Notes under the pieces: generated by a model
What the model saw: the letters and a program-made list of their open reading frames with translations, nothing else
Told to the model about the DNA's origin: nothing
Databases searched by the model: none
Position numbers and translations under genes: made by a program
Source: Shigella phage ESh36
Sequence record: ON528746
DNA: 64,000 nucleotides
Direction: 5' to 3' (one strand)
Part shown: positions 1 through 9,496 of the stretch, one piece after another
How the letters are laid out: every line of letters begins with the position of its first letter
Numbering within the stretch: the stretch's first letter is position 1

Positions 1-1
1 G

Positions 2-388
2 AATGTCGAAGCACTTATTCCTGAAGCACAGGGTCGCTTTGACGAATTGTCTTCTGCTTTAAATAAAGACGATATAAATACAATTGTCGAGAATATGCTT
101 GATGATGAAACTGATTTAGCGATTGCATTAGCTTCTATTAATGAAGATATGCCGCTAAATGAATTCATCGTTAAACATGTTTCTGCTCGTGGTGAAATTA
201 CACGTACTAAAGACCGCAAGACGCGTGAACGTAATGCATTTCAAACCACCGGGCTGTCTAAAGCAAAACGTAGACAAATTGCTCGCAAAGCTACCAAAAC
301 GAAGATTGCCAACCCAGCAGGTCAATCTCGTGCTCAGCGTAAGCGTAAAAAAGCTCTTAAACGCCGTAAAGCATTAGGATTAAGCTAA
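2..388 (+). CDS. 68: prohead core protein gp68 (5' end outside window)
   Basis: Frame open from window edge; Lys/Arg-rich C-terminus; stop overlaps gene 21 start (TAATG); sits immediately upstream of 21-22-23 as in T4. Confidence 0.55.
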   Translation, partial: NVEALIPEAQGRFDELSSALNKDDINTIVENMLDDETDLAIALASINEDMPLNEFIVKHVSARGEITRTKDRKTRERNAFQTTGLSKAKRRQIARKATKTKIANPAGQSRAQRKRKKALKRRKALGLS

Positions 389-1026
389 TGAATGAACCCC
401 AATTACTAATTGAAACTTGGGGTCAACCTGGCGAAATTATTGATGGTGTGCCAATGCTTGAATCTCATGATGGAAAAGACCTCGGTTTAAAACCTGGTTT
501 ATACATCGAAGGAATATTCATGCAAGCGGAAGTCGTCAATAGAAATAAACGTCTTTATCCAAAACGCATATTAGAAAAAGCGGTAAAAGACTATATCAAT
601 GAGCAAGTTTTAACTAAACAAGCTCTCGGAGAATTAAATCATCCTCCACGCGCTAATGTTGACCCGATGCAAGCCGCTATCATTATAGAAGATATGTGGT
701 GGAAAGGAAATGACGTATACGGACGAGCTCGTGTTATTGAAGGTGACCATGGTCCTGGAGATAAATTAGCAGCTAATATTCGTGCCGGATGGATTCCAGG
801 AGTTTCTTCTCGTGGATTAGGTTCATTGACTGACACAAATAAAGGTTATCGTATCGTAAACGAAGGATTCAAATTAACTGTAGGTGTTGATGCAGTATGG
901 GGTCCAAGTGCTCCAGATGCATGGGTAACTCCTAAGGAAATTACCGAATCACAGACGGCGGAAGCCGATACAAGTGCCGATGACGCCTATATGGCTCTCG
1001 CAGAGGCCATGAAAAAAGCGTTATAA
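388..1026 (+). CDS. 21: prohead core scaffold protein and protease gp21
   Basis: 212 aa, same length as T4 gp21; N-terminus [29 protein letters not shown]; conserved position. Confidence 0.9.
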   Translation: MNEPQLLIETWGQPGEIIDGVPMLESHDGKDLGLKPGLYIEGIFMQAEVVNRNKRLYPKRILEKAVKDYINEQVLTKQALGELNHPPRANVDPMQAAIIIEDMWWKGNDVYGRARVIEGDHGPGDKLAANIRAGWIPGVSSRGLGSLTDTNKGYRIVNEGFKLTVGVDAVWGPSAPDAWVTPKEITESQTAEADTSADDAYMALAEAMKKAL

Positions 1027-1029
1027 ATA
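1022..1029 (+). promoter_or_regulatory. late promoter (TATAAATA) for gene 22
   Basis: Exact TATAAATA 28 nt upstream of the gene 22 ATG. Confidence 0.7.
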
Positions 1030-1056
1030 TTATTATCTAAACAACAGGACTACAAA

Positions 1057-1866
1057 ATGCTTAAAGAACAACTGATTGCCGAAGCGCAGAAAATTGATGC
1101 TTCCGTTGCTCTTGATAGTATTTTCGAATCAGTTAATATTTCTCCGGAAGCAAAAGAAACTTTCGGCACTGTATTCGAAGCTACCGTCAAGCAGCACGCC
1201 GTTAAATTAGCTGAATCTCATATCGCTAAAATTGCTGAAAAAGCAGAAGAAGAAGTAGAAAAAAATAAAGAAGAAGCCGAAGAAAAAGCTGAGAAGAAAA
1301 TTGCTGAGCAAGCTTCTAAATTCATCGACCATCTTGCAAAAGAATGGCTCGCTGAAAATAAATTAGCAGTTGATAAAGGCATCAAAGCCGAACTGTTTGA
1401 ATCCATGCTAGGTGGATTAAAAGAGCTCTTTGTTGAACACAACGTTGTTGTTCCAGAAGAATCAGTTGATGTTGTAGCTGAAATGGAAGAAGAGCTGCAA
1501 GAACATAAAGAAGAATCAGCTCGTCTGTTCGAAGAACTCAATAAGCGTGACGCATATATCAATTATGTGCAGCGTGAAGTGGCATTGAGCGAAAGTACTA
1601 AAGATCTGACTGAGTCTCAAAAAGAAAAAGTCTCTGCTCTGGTCGAAGGTATGGATTATTCAGATGCATTCTCAAGTAAATTGAGTGCAATCGTAGAAAT
1701 GGTGAAGAAATCTAATAAAGATGAAAGCACTATTACTGAGAGTATAAATACTCCTGATACTGAAGCAGCCGGACTGAATTTCGTCACTGAAGCTGTAGAA
1801 GATAAATCTGCACCTGGTGCAGAAGATATTGTAAGTGTATATGCGAAAGTCGCATCTCGTTTCTAA
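1057..1866 (+). CDS. 22: prohead core scaffold protein gp22
   Basis: 269 aa, acidic Glu/Lys-rich coiled-coil protein; T4 gp22 length and position; TATAAATA late promoter upstream. Confidence 0.9.
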   Translation: MLKEQLIAEAQKIDASVALDSIFESVNISPEAKETFGTVFEATVKQHAVKLAESHIAKIAEKAEEEVEKNKEEAEEKAEKKIAEQASKFIDHLAKEWLAENKLAVDKGIKAELFESMLGGLKELFVEHNVVVPEESVDVVAEMEEELQEHKEESARLFEELNKRDAYINYVQREVALSESTKDLTESQKEKVSALVEGMDYSDAFSSKLSAIVEMVKKSNKDESTITESINTPDTEAAGLNFVTEAVEDKSAPGAEDIVSVYAKVASRF

Positions 1867-1884
1867 TTTTAAAGGTTAACACAA

Positions 1885-3450
1885 ATGACTATCAAAACTA
1901 AAGCTGAACTTTTGAACAAATGGAAGCCATTACTGGAAGGTGAAGGTTTACCGGAAATTGCTAATAGCAAACAAGCGATTATCGCTAAAATCTTTGAAAA
2001 CCAGGAAAAAGATTTCCAGACAGCTCCGGAATATAAAGACGAAAAAATTGCTCAGGCATTCGGTTCTTTCTTAACAGAAGCTGAAATCGGTGGTGACCAC
2101 GGTTACAATGCTACCAACATCGCTGCAGGTCAGACTTCTGGCGCAGTAACTCAGATTGGCCCAGCTGTTATGGGTATGGTACGTCGTGCTATTCCTAACC
2201 TGATTGCTTTCGATATTTGTGGTGTTCAGCCGATGAACAGCCCGACTGGCCAGGTATTCGCACTGCGCGCAGTATACGGTAAAGACCCAATCGCTGCCGG
2301 CGCTAAAGAAGCATTCCACCCAATGTATGGTCCAGATGCAATGTTCTCTGGTCAGGGTGCTGCTAAGAAATTCGCAGCTCTGGCTGCTAGCACACAAACC
2401 ACAGTAGGTGATATCTATACTCACTTCTTCCAGGACACTGGTACTGTGTATCTGCAAGCTTCTGCTCAAGTAACAATTAGTGCAAGCGCAACTGATGCAG
2501 CTAAATTAGATGCTGAAATTAAGAAACAAATGGAAGCTGGTGCACTGGTAGAAATCGCTGAAGGTATGGCTACTTCTATCGCTGAACTCCAGGAAGGTTT
2601 CAATGGTTCTACCGATAACCCATGGAATGAAATGGGCTTCCGTATCGATAAACAAGTTATCGAAGCTAAATCTCGTCAGTTGAAAGCTGCTTACTCTATC
2701 GAATTAGCACAGGATCTCCGCGCTGTTCACGGTATGGATGCTGATGCTGAACTGTCTGGCATTCTGGCTACAGAAATTATGCTGGAAATCAACCGTGAAA
2801 TTGTTGATTGGATTAACTACTCAGCTCAGGTTGGTAAATCTGGTATGACCCTGACTCCGGGTTCTAAAGCTGGTGTATTTGACTTCCAGGATCCGATTGA
2901 TATTCGTGGTGCTCGCTGGGCAGGTGAATCCTTTAAAGCTCTGTTGTTCCAGATTGACAAAGAAGCAGTTGAAATTGCTCGTCAGACTGGTCGCGGCGAA
3001 GGTAACTTCATTATCGCTTCCCGTAACGTAGTTAACGTTCTGGCTTCAGTTGATACTGGCATTTCTTATGCTGCACAGGGTCTGGCTACCGGCTTTAACA
3101 CTGATACTACCAAGTCAGTATTTGCTGGTGTTCTGGGTGGTAAATACCGTGTATATATCGACCAGTATGCTAAACAGGATTATTTCACTGTAGGTTATAA
3201 AGGTCCGAATGAAATGGATGCTGGTATTTACTACGCTCCATATGTAGCTCTGACTCCGCTGCGTGGTTCCGATCCGAAGAACTTCCAACCGGTAATGGGA
3301 TTCAAAACTCGTTACGGTATCGGTATCAACCCATTTGCAGAATCCGCTGCTCAGGCTCCGGCTTCTCGCATCCAGAGCGGTATGCCTTCTATTCTGAATA
3401 GCCTTGGTAAAAACGCTTACTTCCGCCGTGTATATGTTAAAGGTATCTAA
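1885..3450 (+). CDS. 23: major capsid protein gp23
   Basis: 521 aa; N-terminus MTIKTKAELLNKWKPLLEGEGLPEIANSKQAIIAKIFENQEKDF as in T4 gp23; strong terminator downstream. Confidence 0.95.
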   Translation: MTIKTKAELLNKWKPLLEGEGLPEIANSKQAIIAKIFENQEKDFQTAPEYKDEKIAQAFGSFLTEAEIGGDHGYNATNIAAGQTSGAVTQIGPAVMGMVRRAIPNLIAFDICGVQPMNSPTGQVFALRAVYGKDPIAAGAKEAFHPMYGPDAMFSGQGAAKKFAALAASTQTTVGDIYTHFFQDTGTVYLQASAQVTISASATDAAKLDAEIKKQMEAGALVEIAEGMATSIAELQEGFNGSTDNPWNEMGFRIDKQVIEAKSRQLKAAYSIELAQDLRAVHGMDADAELSGILATEIMLEINREIVDWINYSAQVGKSGMTLTPGSKAGVFDFQDPIDIRGARWAGESFKALLFQIDKEAVEIARQTGRGEGNFIIASRNVVNVLASVDTGISYAAQGLATGFNTDTTKSVFAGVLGGKYRVYIDQYAKQDYFTVGYKGPNEMDAGIYYAPYVALTPLRGSDPKNFQPVMGFKTRYGIGINPFAESAAQAPASRIQSGMPSILNSLGKNAYFRRVYVKGI

Positions 3451-3465
3451 TCTTTGACGATTTAA

Positions 3466-3495
3466 GGGACCTTCGGGGTCCCTTTAGTTGTTTTT
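3466..3495 (+). terminator. rho-independent terminator after gene 23
   Basis: GGGACC-TTCG-GGGTCCC hairpin followed by a T-run. Confidence 0.8.
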
Positions 3496-3499
3496 ATGG

Positions 3500-3507
3500 T
3501 ATAAATA
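3500..3507 (+). promoter_or_regulatory. late promoter (TATAAATA) for gene 24
   Basis: Exact TATAAATA 27 nt upstream of the gene 24 ATG, just after the gene 23 terminator. Confidence 0.75.
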
Positions 3508-3534
3508 AATCATATAAACCAAAAGGAAAGCGCA

Positions 3535-4818
3535 ATGGCTAAAATCAACGAACTTCTGCGCGAATCAACCACAACGAATAGCAACTCAATCGGTCGCCCA
3601 AATCTCGTTGCTTTGACTCGCGCTACCACTAAATTAATATATTCTGACATTGTAGCAACGCAAAGAACTAATCAACCTGTTGCTGCTTTTTATGGTATCA
3701 AATACCTTAACCCGGATAACGAATTTACATTTAAAACTGGTGCTACTTATGCTGGCGAAGCTGGGTATGTAGACCGAGAACAAATCACAGAATTAACAGA
3801 AGAGTCTAAATTAACTCTCAATAAAGGCGATTTATTCAAATATAATAATATCGTTTATAAAGTATTAGAAAATACACCATTTGCTGATATTGAAGAAAGT
3901 GATTTAGAATTAGCTCTTCAGATTGCAATTGTTCTTTTAAAGGTTCGTCTATTTTCTGATGCTGCAGTAACAAGCAAATTTGAAAGCTCTGATAGTGAAA
4001 TTGCGGATGCTAGATTCCAGATTAATAAATGGCAAACCGCAGTTAAATCTCGTAAACTTAAAACTGGCATTACAGTTGAATTAGCACAAGATTTAGAAGC
4101 AAATGGATTCGATGCTCCTAATTTCTTGGAAGATTTGCTTGCAACCGAAATGGCAGATGAAATCAATAAAGATATTCTGCAGTCTTTGATTACAGTGTCA
4201 AAACGCTATAAAGTTACAGGAATTACTGATACTGGATTCATTGATTTGAGTTATGCATCTGCACCTGAAGCTGGTCGTTCATTATACCGAATGGTGTGTG
4301 AAATGGTTTCACATATTCAGAAAGAATCAACTTATACAGCAACGTTCTGTGTTGCTTCAGCTCGTGCTGCTGCGATTCTTGCTGCATCAGGTTGGTTAAA
4401 ACATAAACCAGAAGATGACAAATATCTTTCACAAAATGCCTATGGGTTCTTAGCTAATGGTTTACCGCTTTATTGCGATACTAACAGCCCATTAGATTAT
4501 GTAATCGTTGGCGTAGTAGAAAATATTGGTGAAAAAGAAATTGTTGGATCAATTTTCTATGCTCCGTATACAGAAGGTCTTGACTTAGATGACCCTGAAC
4601 ATGTAGGTGCATTTAAAGTTGTAGTTGATCCAGAAAGTTTGCAGCCATCTATCGGTTTATTAGTTAGATATGCTTTATCTGCAAATCCTTACACTGTAGC
4701 AAAAGATGAAAAAGAAGCAAGAATAATTGACGGTGGAGACATGGATAAAATGGCGGGTCGTTCAGATTTGTCTGTTTTATTAGGTGTTAAGCTACCAAAA
4801 ATTATCGTTGATGAATAA
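3535..4818 (+). CDS. 24: capsid vertex protein gp24
   Basis: 427 aa, gp23 paralogue; late promoter TATAAATA at 3500-3507; follows gene 23 directly (no segD-like ORF between). Confidence 0.9.
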   Translation: MAKINELLRESTTTNSNSIGRPNLVALTRATTKLIYSDIVATQRTNQPVAAFYGIKYLNPDNEFTFKTGATYAGEAGYVDREQITELTEESKLTLNKGDLFKYNNIVYKVLENTPFADIEESDLELALQIAIVLLKVRLFSDAAVTSKFESSDSEIADARFQINKWQTAVKSRKLKTGITVELAQDLEANGFDAPNFLEDLLATEMADEINKDILQSLITVSKRYKVTGITDTGFIDLSYASAPEAGRSLYRMVCEMVSHIQKESTYTATFCVASARAAAILAASGWLKHKPEDDKYLSQNAYGFLANGLPLYCDTNSPLDYVIVGVVENIGEKEIVGSIFYAPYTEGLDLDDPEHVGAFKVVVDPESLQPSIGLLVRYALSANPYTVAKDEKEARIIDGGDMDKMAGRSDLSVLLGVKLPKIIVDE

Positions 4819-4824
4819 AACAAA

Positions 4825-4848
4825 GGGACCTTTCGGTCCCTTTTTATT
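4825..4848. terminator. bidirectional terminator between gene 24 and rnlB
   Basis: GGGACC-TTTC-GGTCCC hairpin flanked by A-run upstream and T-run downstream, between convergent genes. Confidence 0.75.
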
Positions 4849-5852
4849 TAACTTACCAATTCAATCCAAGCCGGACGAAGTACATCTTGTACCATTTTAA
4901 CTAATTCCTTCTTAATCAAAGAAGGATTATCCGCTTGAGCTAAAGTAATACCTTCACGAGAAGTTTCTTCCAAAATATCTTGAACAGTTAGTCCCATCAC
5001 CTTTCCAAAATCCTTTGGACCAATTTCGCCAATTTTAGAAATAACGTTATTTACTCGATTCAGTGTAACGTAACAAGCTAAAATTCCAACCAATTTGTTA
5101 TCAGCTTCTGACAGTTCAACTTTAGCTTTAATAGGCTTATCAGACTTTTTCTTTTCACTAAATTTAGAGTTCTTGCATTTGATGGCTACACGATTGCGAT
5201 TAGGCAGCCAAGAAGGATAACAAGGTTTCAATACATATCCTTCAGCGGTAAATACTTCGCCTTTTGCTTCGGCATTCCAAACGCATTTATTTGCATCAAC
5301 TAATCCAGCGTGGTCTACCGTAAAATTATAATCTTGGACGACGGAATCTAAATCATTTGGCAATTTAATAAGTTCTTCAAATTTACCGCGACCTAAAAGT
5401 GGAGCCATTTTAAATTTAAATGTATTGCAGAATGATTCCATCATATAATCATCGACATAAGTTACATCACCACTTTCGGTAGTAACAATAATGTCAAATA
5501 CATAAAAATCTTTATCGCCATAATCAACATTCTTCTGAATGCCAGGTCCAGCGAATTCGCCAAAAACTTGATAAGTCACAACAGCTGAAGTTTCCATAAT
5601 TTCTTGGACAGCTTTAATAGAATCTTCGTAATTCTTTAAAATAATTTCATAACCGAAGAAATCTTCAGCAGGAAGAATTGGTCCAGTACGTTTAGCGCAA
5701 GTTACTTTATCACGCTCAATAATCAATGAGAAATTTGTGCCATGAATCTTTTCACGAGCTACCCATTCGCCGCCAGTCAATCCTAAACTGTAAAGTTTTT
5801 CAATGAATTTAGAATTGTAATGATTTTCAAGACTGCTATACTTTTTAAACAT
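4848..5852 (-). CDS. rnlB: RNA ligase 2 (Rnl2)
   Basis: 334 aa; nucleotidyltransferase lysine motif EKIHGTN (KxHGxN); T4 rnlB length and position after gene 24. Confidence 0.85.
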   Translation of the reverse strand: MFKKYSSLENHYNSKFIEKLYSLGLTGGEWVAREKIHGTNFSLIIERDKVTCAKRTGPILPAEDFFGYEIILKNYEDSIKAVQEIMETSAVVTYQVFGEFAGPGIQKNVDYGDKDFYVFDIIVTTESGDVTYVDDYMMESFCNTFKFKMAPLLGRGKFEELIKLPNDLDSVVQDYNFTVDHAGLVDANKCVWNAEAKGEVFTAEGYVLKPCYPSWLPNRNRVAIKCKNSKFSEKKKSDKPIKAKVELSEADNKLVGILACYVTLNRVNNVISKIGEIGPKDFGKVMGLTVQDILEETSREGITLAQADNPSLIKKELVKMVQDVLRPAWIELVS

Positions 5853-5861
5853 AATTAATCC

Positions 5862-6140
5862 TCAAAATGTAATTTCTAACCAATCACCATCACGCTGATC
5901 ACTATTAACTTTAAAGCTGAATCCTTCTTTTCTCAGCCAATCACCAATTTCTTCAGTAATCAATTTATCGCGAGCAGTACAATAATAACTAAAATATGTT
6001 TTACCTTGTTCAGCTGCTTTATTAGCAAGTTCCGAAAAATCTTTAATAAAACACTCTAGCTTAAACTGTTTACTTTTAAGTGCTTTTTCACGTAATTGAT
6101 TAGCAAAAGATTCATTTTCATAAAAATCATACTGTTCCAT
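5862..6140 (-). CDS. hypothetical protein (T4 24.2 position)
   Basis: 92 aa ORF, codirectional, tightly packed between rnlB and hoc. Confidence 0.5.
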   Translation of the reverse strand: MEQYDFYENESFANQLREKALKSKQFKLECFIKDFSELANKAAEQGKTYFSYYCTARDKLITEEIGDWLRKEGFSFKVNSDQRDGDWLEITF

Positions 6141-6342
6141 TTTTCACCTTTTTATTAATATGTCTTTTTCTATAGACAACTTTTTCTCGAGTCTCAAATT
6201 TATTCTTAGCAGTCATAGCTCGAGCCCATAATACAGCCACTTCTTTTGCCTGTAAATTCAATTCACGAGCAATTTCAATGAATGACTTTCCAGACTCATG
6301 AAGAGTAAACACCACAACCTCAGTTCTCATAATCAATCTCAT
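6127..6342 (-). CDS. hypothetical protein (T4 24.3 position)
   Basis: 71 aa ORF overlapping the downstream ORF start, as is typical for T4 early genes. Confidence 0.45.
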   Translation of the reverse strand: MRLIMRTEVVVFTLHESGKSFIEIARELNLQAKEVAVLWARAMTAKNKFETREKVVYRKRHINKKVKNGTV

Positions 6343-6410
6343 GTTATCGAGTTGGTGCCATTATATACATCATTTTCTGAGTGTGTTTTGTGTGCTTTCA
6401 AAATGAAGAA

Positions 6411-6426
6411 AGGGGCCGAAGCCCCT
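6411..6426 (-). terminator. terminator hairpin after hoc
   Basis: AGGGGC-TTCG-GCCCCT on minus strand followed by TTTCTTCATTTT. Confidence 0.65.
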
Positions 6427-6430
6427 AAGA

Positions 6431-8137
6431 TTATGGATAGGTATAGATGATACCAGTTTCTAAAGCAGTTTTATGAATGATGTATCCATTACGCGATTCT
6501 TGGACATCAACTTCTGGATAGTCTTTCATCATCTTCTGAAGAGTGTAACGATGCAGGTAGTATTTACTATCTGGATCTTCAGTTTTCCAATCTTTACCTT
6601 CTTCAGTCATTTTTTGGATTTCATCCATAACCCACCAACCGCACCAGATATAAGCTGAAGTACGATGTGGAAGAGGATGAACATAAGGCAATTCACCTTC
6701 TGGTTCTGGAGCAACTTTATCAGTTACCTGAACTTGGCCTTCTGCTGTGATAGTTTTGCTATCATAATCAGTAGCGGTAACAGTTGCAGTAACTTCAATA
6801 GTTTGACTTCCAATAGATGATGTATCAACGGTGTATACATTAGTTGACCCTTCTACAGGAGAAGAATCTTTCTTCCATGAGTATTCGATTTGTGCTTCTT
6901 CTGGAGCATCCGTAACATTAGCCGTAAATGTAGCCGAAGCATCTTGCTGAACGTTAATAGAAGGAGGAGTCAATGTAACCTGTGGATTCATTGTTTTCTT
7001 ATTAACTGTCAATGATACTTCATTAGAAGTAACTTCCTTTTCATTGTAATTTTCTGCAGTTACTTGCGCTACACACTTAACTGTTTTAGCTCCAACTGTG
7101 GTAGGAGTATAGTTAAATGTAGTAGTAGTTTCTCCATCGACCAGAGAACCGTCAACATACCACTGATACGTAGCAGACGCTCCTGGTGGCTGTGAAGCCA
7201 AGGCAGCAGTAAATTGAACTGGGGTTCCAATTACTCCGGCAGCAGGATTAGCAGGAGTTACGGCTAACGTAGTTGTCTGTGTCTTCTTATTAACTGTTAA
7301 TGATACTTCATTAGAAGTAACTGTTTTTGCGTCATAATCTGTTGCTGTTACTTGCGCTACGCATTTAATTCTTTTTACTCCACTTGTAGTTGGAGTATAG
7401 CTAAATGTAGCAGAAGTCGCTTCACCAATTTGAGAATCATCTACATACCACTGATACGTAGCAGATGCCCCATCAGGTTGAGAAGCTAAGGCAGCAGTAA
7501 ATTCAACGGCTGTTCCAATCACTCCAGCTGGAGGACTATCAGGAGTTACTGCCAAGGTAGTCGTCTGCGTCTTTTTATTAACAGTCAGTGACACTTCATT
7601 AGAAGTAACGCTCAATGTATCGTAATCAGTCGCGGTTACTTGAGCTATACACTTGATTTTTTTAACTCCGCTTGTGGCAGGAGTGTAATTGAATGTAGCA
7701 GAAGTTGCTTCGTCTACAGGAGAACCGTCAACGTGCCATTGATACGTAGCGTTTGCACCTGATGGCTGTGAAGCTAAGGCAGCGGTAAATTCAATTGGAG
7801 TTCCAATCACTCCAGCATCAGGGCTACCAGGAGTTACAGCTAAAGTAGTTGTTTGTGTCTTATTTTGAACTGTGATAGTTGTACTAATTTCTGCTGTTTC
7901 AGGTTCAGATTCTGCAACTTGATTGGTTGCAACTACTTTAATAGTCTTTTGACCGGCAGGTCCTTTTAGTACATAACTAAAAGTTGCTGACGTTTCTTCC
8001 TGTGGAGCGTCGTCTACAGTCCAAGCATATGTAATAGGTCCATCTCCAGTTTGACCACTGGGTGTAGCAGTAAACTGCTGAGTCTGATCTATAACTCCAG
8101 TAGGTGTTTTAGGAGTTATATCAACTGTAAAAGCCAT
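6431..8137 (-). CDS. hoc: Hoc outer capsid decoration protein with expanded Ig-like domain array
   Basis: 568 aa; N-terminus MAFTVDITPKTPTGVIDQTQQFTATPSGQTG and C-terminal capsid-binding region (...PYVHPLPHRTSAYIWCGWWVMDEIQK...) match T4 Hoc; three near-identical 96-aa Ig-like repeats in the middle. Confidence 0.9.
   Translation of the reverse strand: MAFTVDITPKTPTGVIDQTQQFTATPSGQTGDGPITYAWTVDDAPQEETSATFSYVLKGPAGQKTIKVVATNQVAESEPETAEISTTITVQNKTQTTTLAVTPGSPDAGVIGTPIEFTAALASQPSGANATYQWHVDGSPVDEATSATFNYTPATSGVKKIKCIAQVTATDYDTLSVTSNEVSLTVNKKTQTTTLAVTPDSPPAGVIGTAVEFTAALASQPDGASATYQWYVDDSQIGEATSATFSYTPTTSGVKRIKCVAQVTATDYDAKTVTSNEVSLTVNKKTQTTTLAVTPANPAAGVIGTPVQFTAALASQPPGASATYQWYVDGSLVDGETTTTFNYTPTTVGAKTVKCVAQVTAENYNEKEVTSNEVSLTVNKKTMNPQVTLTPPSINVQQDASATFTANVTDAPEEAQIEYSWKKDSSPVEGSTNVYTVDTSSIGSQTIEVTATVTATDYDSKTITAEGQVQVTDKVAPEPEGELPYVHPLPHRTSAYIWCGWWVMDEIQKMTEEGKDWKTEDPDSKYYLHRYTLQKMMKDYPEVDVQESRNGYIIHKTALETGIIYTYP
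6999..7862 (-). repeat. 3 x 288 bp in-frame tandem repeat inside hoc (Ig-like domain units)
   Basis: Repeat units start near 6999, 7287 and 7575, each beginning ttattaac(t/a)g...cttcattagaagtaac; roughly 85-90% identical. Confidence 0.85.
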
Positions 8138-8146
8138 AAGTTATCC

Positions 8147-8827
8147 TTATTTTAATGTTACGAAAGAAGAATTACGTGTTTCACGAATTAGAACTGATCC
8201 GTCGCGATTAATGTAATAAATTAAGCTAAATAAAGTTTGGTGTGCAGACGCATGTTCAAAACTAGTTGGGTGAGATTTCCAATCTGGAGTTTCAGCAATC
8301 CATTGGTAAATCCACCAAGGAACAGTGCAGAATCCTGGATTTTTTCCAATCAGCTGAAGATTTGGGCTAAAGTTTTCCGGAAGAGTAAATACGGACGGCT
8401 TTTCAGATTCAATAATCTCAGCTACAGCCTGCTCGAATTTTTCTTCAACAAAAGGAGTATCTTCAATCAAAACATCGGTATTTTCAGGAATTTTATCCGT
8501 TTCTACTACTTCAATTTTAATGTCAGATTTAACCGGAGAATCAATCAGAAGTGCTGCCTCTGGATTGACTTCTTCATCGTCATATTTTAATCCGTCTGCA
8601 GCATCAGCAGCATCAATTAAGTCTTTAATAGATAACCCATCAGTCTCTGGCATAGGTTCACTAGCGAGCTTCTGGAGGGCTTCTTCAATATCATTAACGA
8701 TATTATCAAAAGATTTATTCTTTTTGACTTTTATACCAAACTGTTCAGCATATTCAGCTAATTTAGCTTTAGCTTCTTTATTATCATCAAGAGCCTTCAG
8801 CTCTGCAATATAATCTTTATCTATCAT
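8147..8827 (-). CDS. inh: acidic head protein, probable Inh (inhibitor of prohead protease)
   Basis: 226 aa acidic ORF directly downstream of hoc, matching T4 inh position; assignment is positional. Confidence 0.5.
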   Translation of the reverse strand: MIDKDYIAELKALDDNKEAKAKLAEYAEQFGIKVKKNKSFDNIVNDIEEALQKLASEPMPETDGLSIKDLIDAADAADGLKYDDEEVNPEAALLIDSPVKSDIKIEVVETDKIPENTDVLIEDTPFVEEKFEQAVAEIIESEKPSVFTLPENFSPNLQLIGKNPGFCTVPWWIYQWIAETPDWKSHPTSFEHASAHQTLFSLIYYINRDGSVLIRETRNSSFVTLK

Positions 8828-8840
8828 AATATTTCCTCAG

Positions 8841-8848
8841 TATAAATA
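8841..8848 (+). promoter_or_regulatory. late-promoter-like TATAAATA upstream of segE
   Basis: Exact TATAAATA 28 nt before the segE ATG in the inh/segE divergent region. Confidence 0.4.
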
Positions 8849-8876
8849 TAGATATATTTATTACTCGGAAAATAGT

Positions 8877-9494
8877 ATGTACCACTTTGTATATGAAACA
8901 ACAAATCTAATAAATGGTAAAAAGTATATAGGAAAGCACTCTACTGACGACCTGAATGATGGCTACCTTGGTTCCGGTAAGGCAATTCAGCAGGCTATAA
9001 AGAAATATGGTGAAAACAATTTCTCTAGAAAAATACTAAAAGAGTTTAAAACTTCCGAAGAAGCGTACATGTATGAAGAAGAAATTATAACTCCTGAACT
9101 GATAAAAAGCAAAAATTATTATAATATGAAACCTGGTGGAATTGGTGGAATTGTTATGACTACAGAGGTTATAGCAAAGATGAAAGAATCTTCCGCTAAG
9201 AGATTTGAAAACTCACCGGGCACGGTATTAGGTACAACTTGTTACACTAATGGAACTAAAAATATTTTTATTAAGCCTGGAGAACTTGTTCCAGAAGGAT
9301 TTGTAAAAGGGATGGTTCATCCTAATAGAAAGTCCAGAAAAGGATGTAAAGTCAAACCGACTACAACAGGAACTTTTTGGGTCAATAATGGCGCAATAAA
9401 TAAATTAATACAACCAGACGGTATTATTCCCGACGGATTTATTAAAGGTCGTCTCATGAAAAGAGATTCTAAAGGCAAATTTAGTAAGGCATAA
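8877..9494 (+). CDS. segE: GIY-YIG homing endonuclease, SegE-like
   Basis: 205 aa; N-terminal GIY-YIG module (HFVYETTNLINGKKYIGKH...YLGSGKAIQQAIKKYG...RKIL); C-terminal repeated NG..N.L..P.G.IP.GF.KG DNA-binding-like modules; between inh and uvsW as in T4. Confidence 0.8.
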   Translation: MYHFVYETTNLINGKKYIGKHSTDDLNDGYLGSGKAIQQAIKKYGENNFSRKILKEFKTSEEAYMYEEEIITPELIKSKNYYNMKPGGIGGIVMTTEVIAKMKESSAKRFENSPGTVLGTTCYTNGTKNIFIKPGELVPEGFVKGMVHPNRKSRKGCKVKPTTTGTFWVNNGAINKLIQPDGIIPDGFIKGRLMKRDSKGKFSKA

Positions 9495-9496
9495 TT

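Noticed and set aside
2071-2469. 132-codon ORF antisense to gene 23, and similar antisense ORFs inside 21, 22, 24, hoc, alt, 34, 37 and others (e.g. 639-836, 1218-1562, 3918-4166, 21649-22269, 50019-50261, 54377-54847)
   Set aside because: They lie entirely within strongly supported genes on the opposite strand, have biased low-complexity compositions, lack ribosome-binding sites and break the strand-coherent gene organisation; treated as shadow ORFs
6999-7862. Tandem repeats as a possible CRISPR array or satellite
   Set aside because: Units are 288 bp, contiguous with no spacers, in frame, and encode Ig-like protein domains of Hoc
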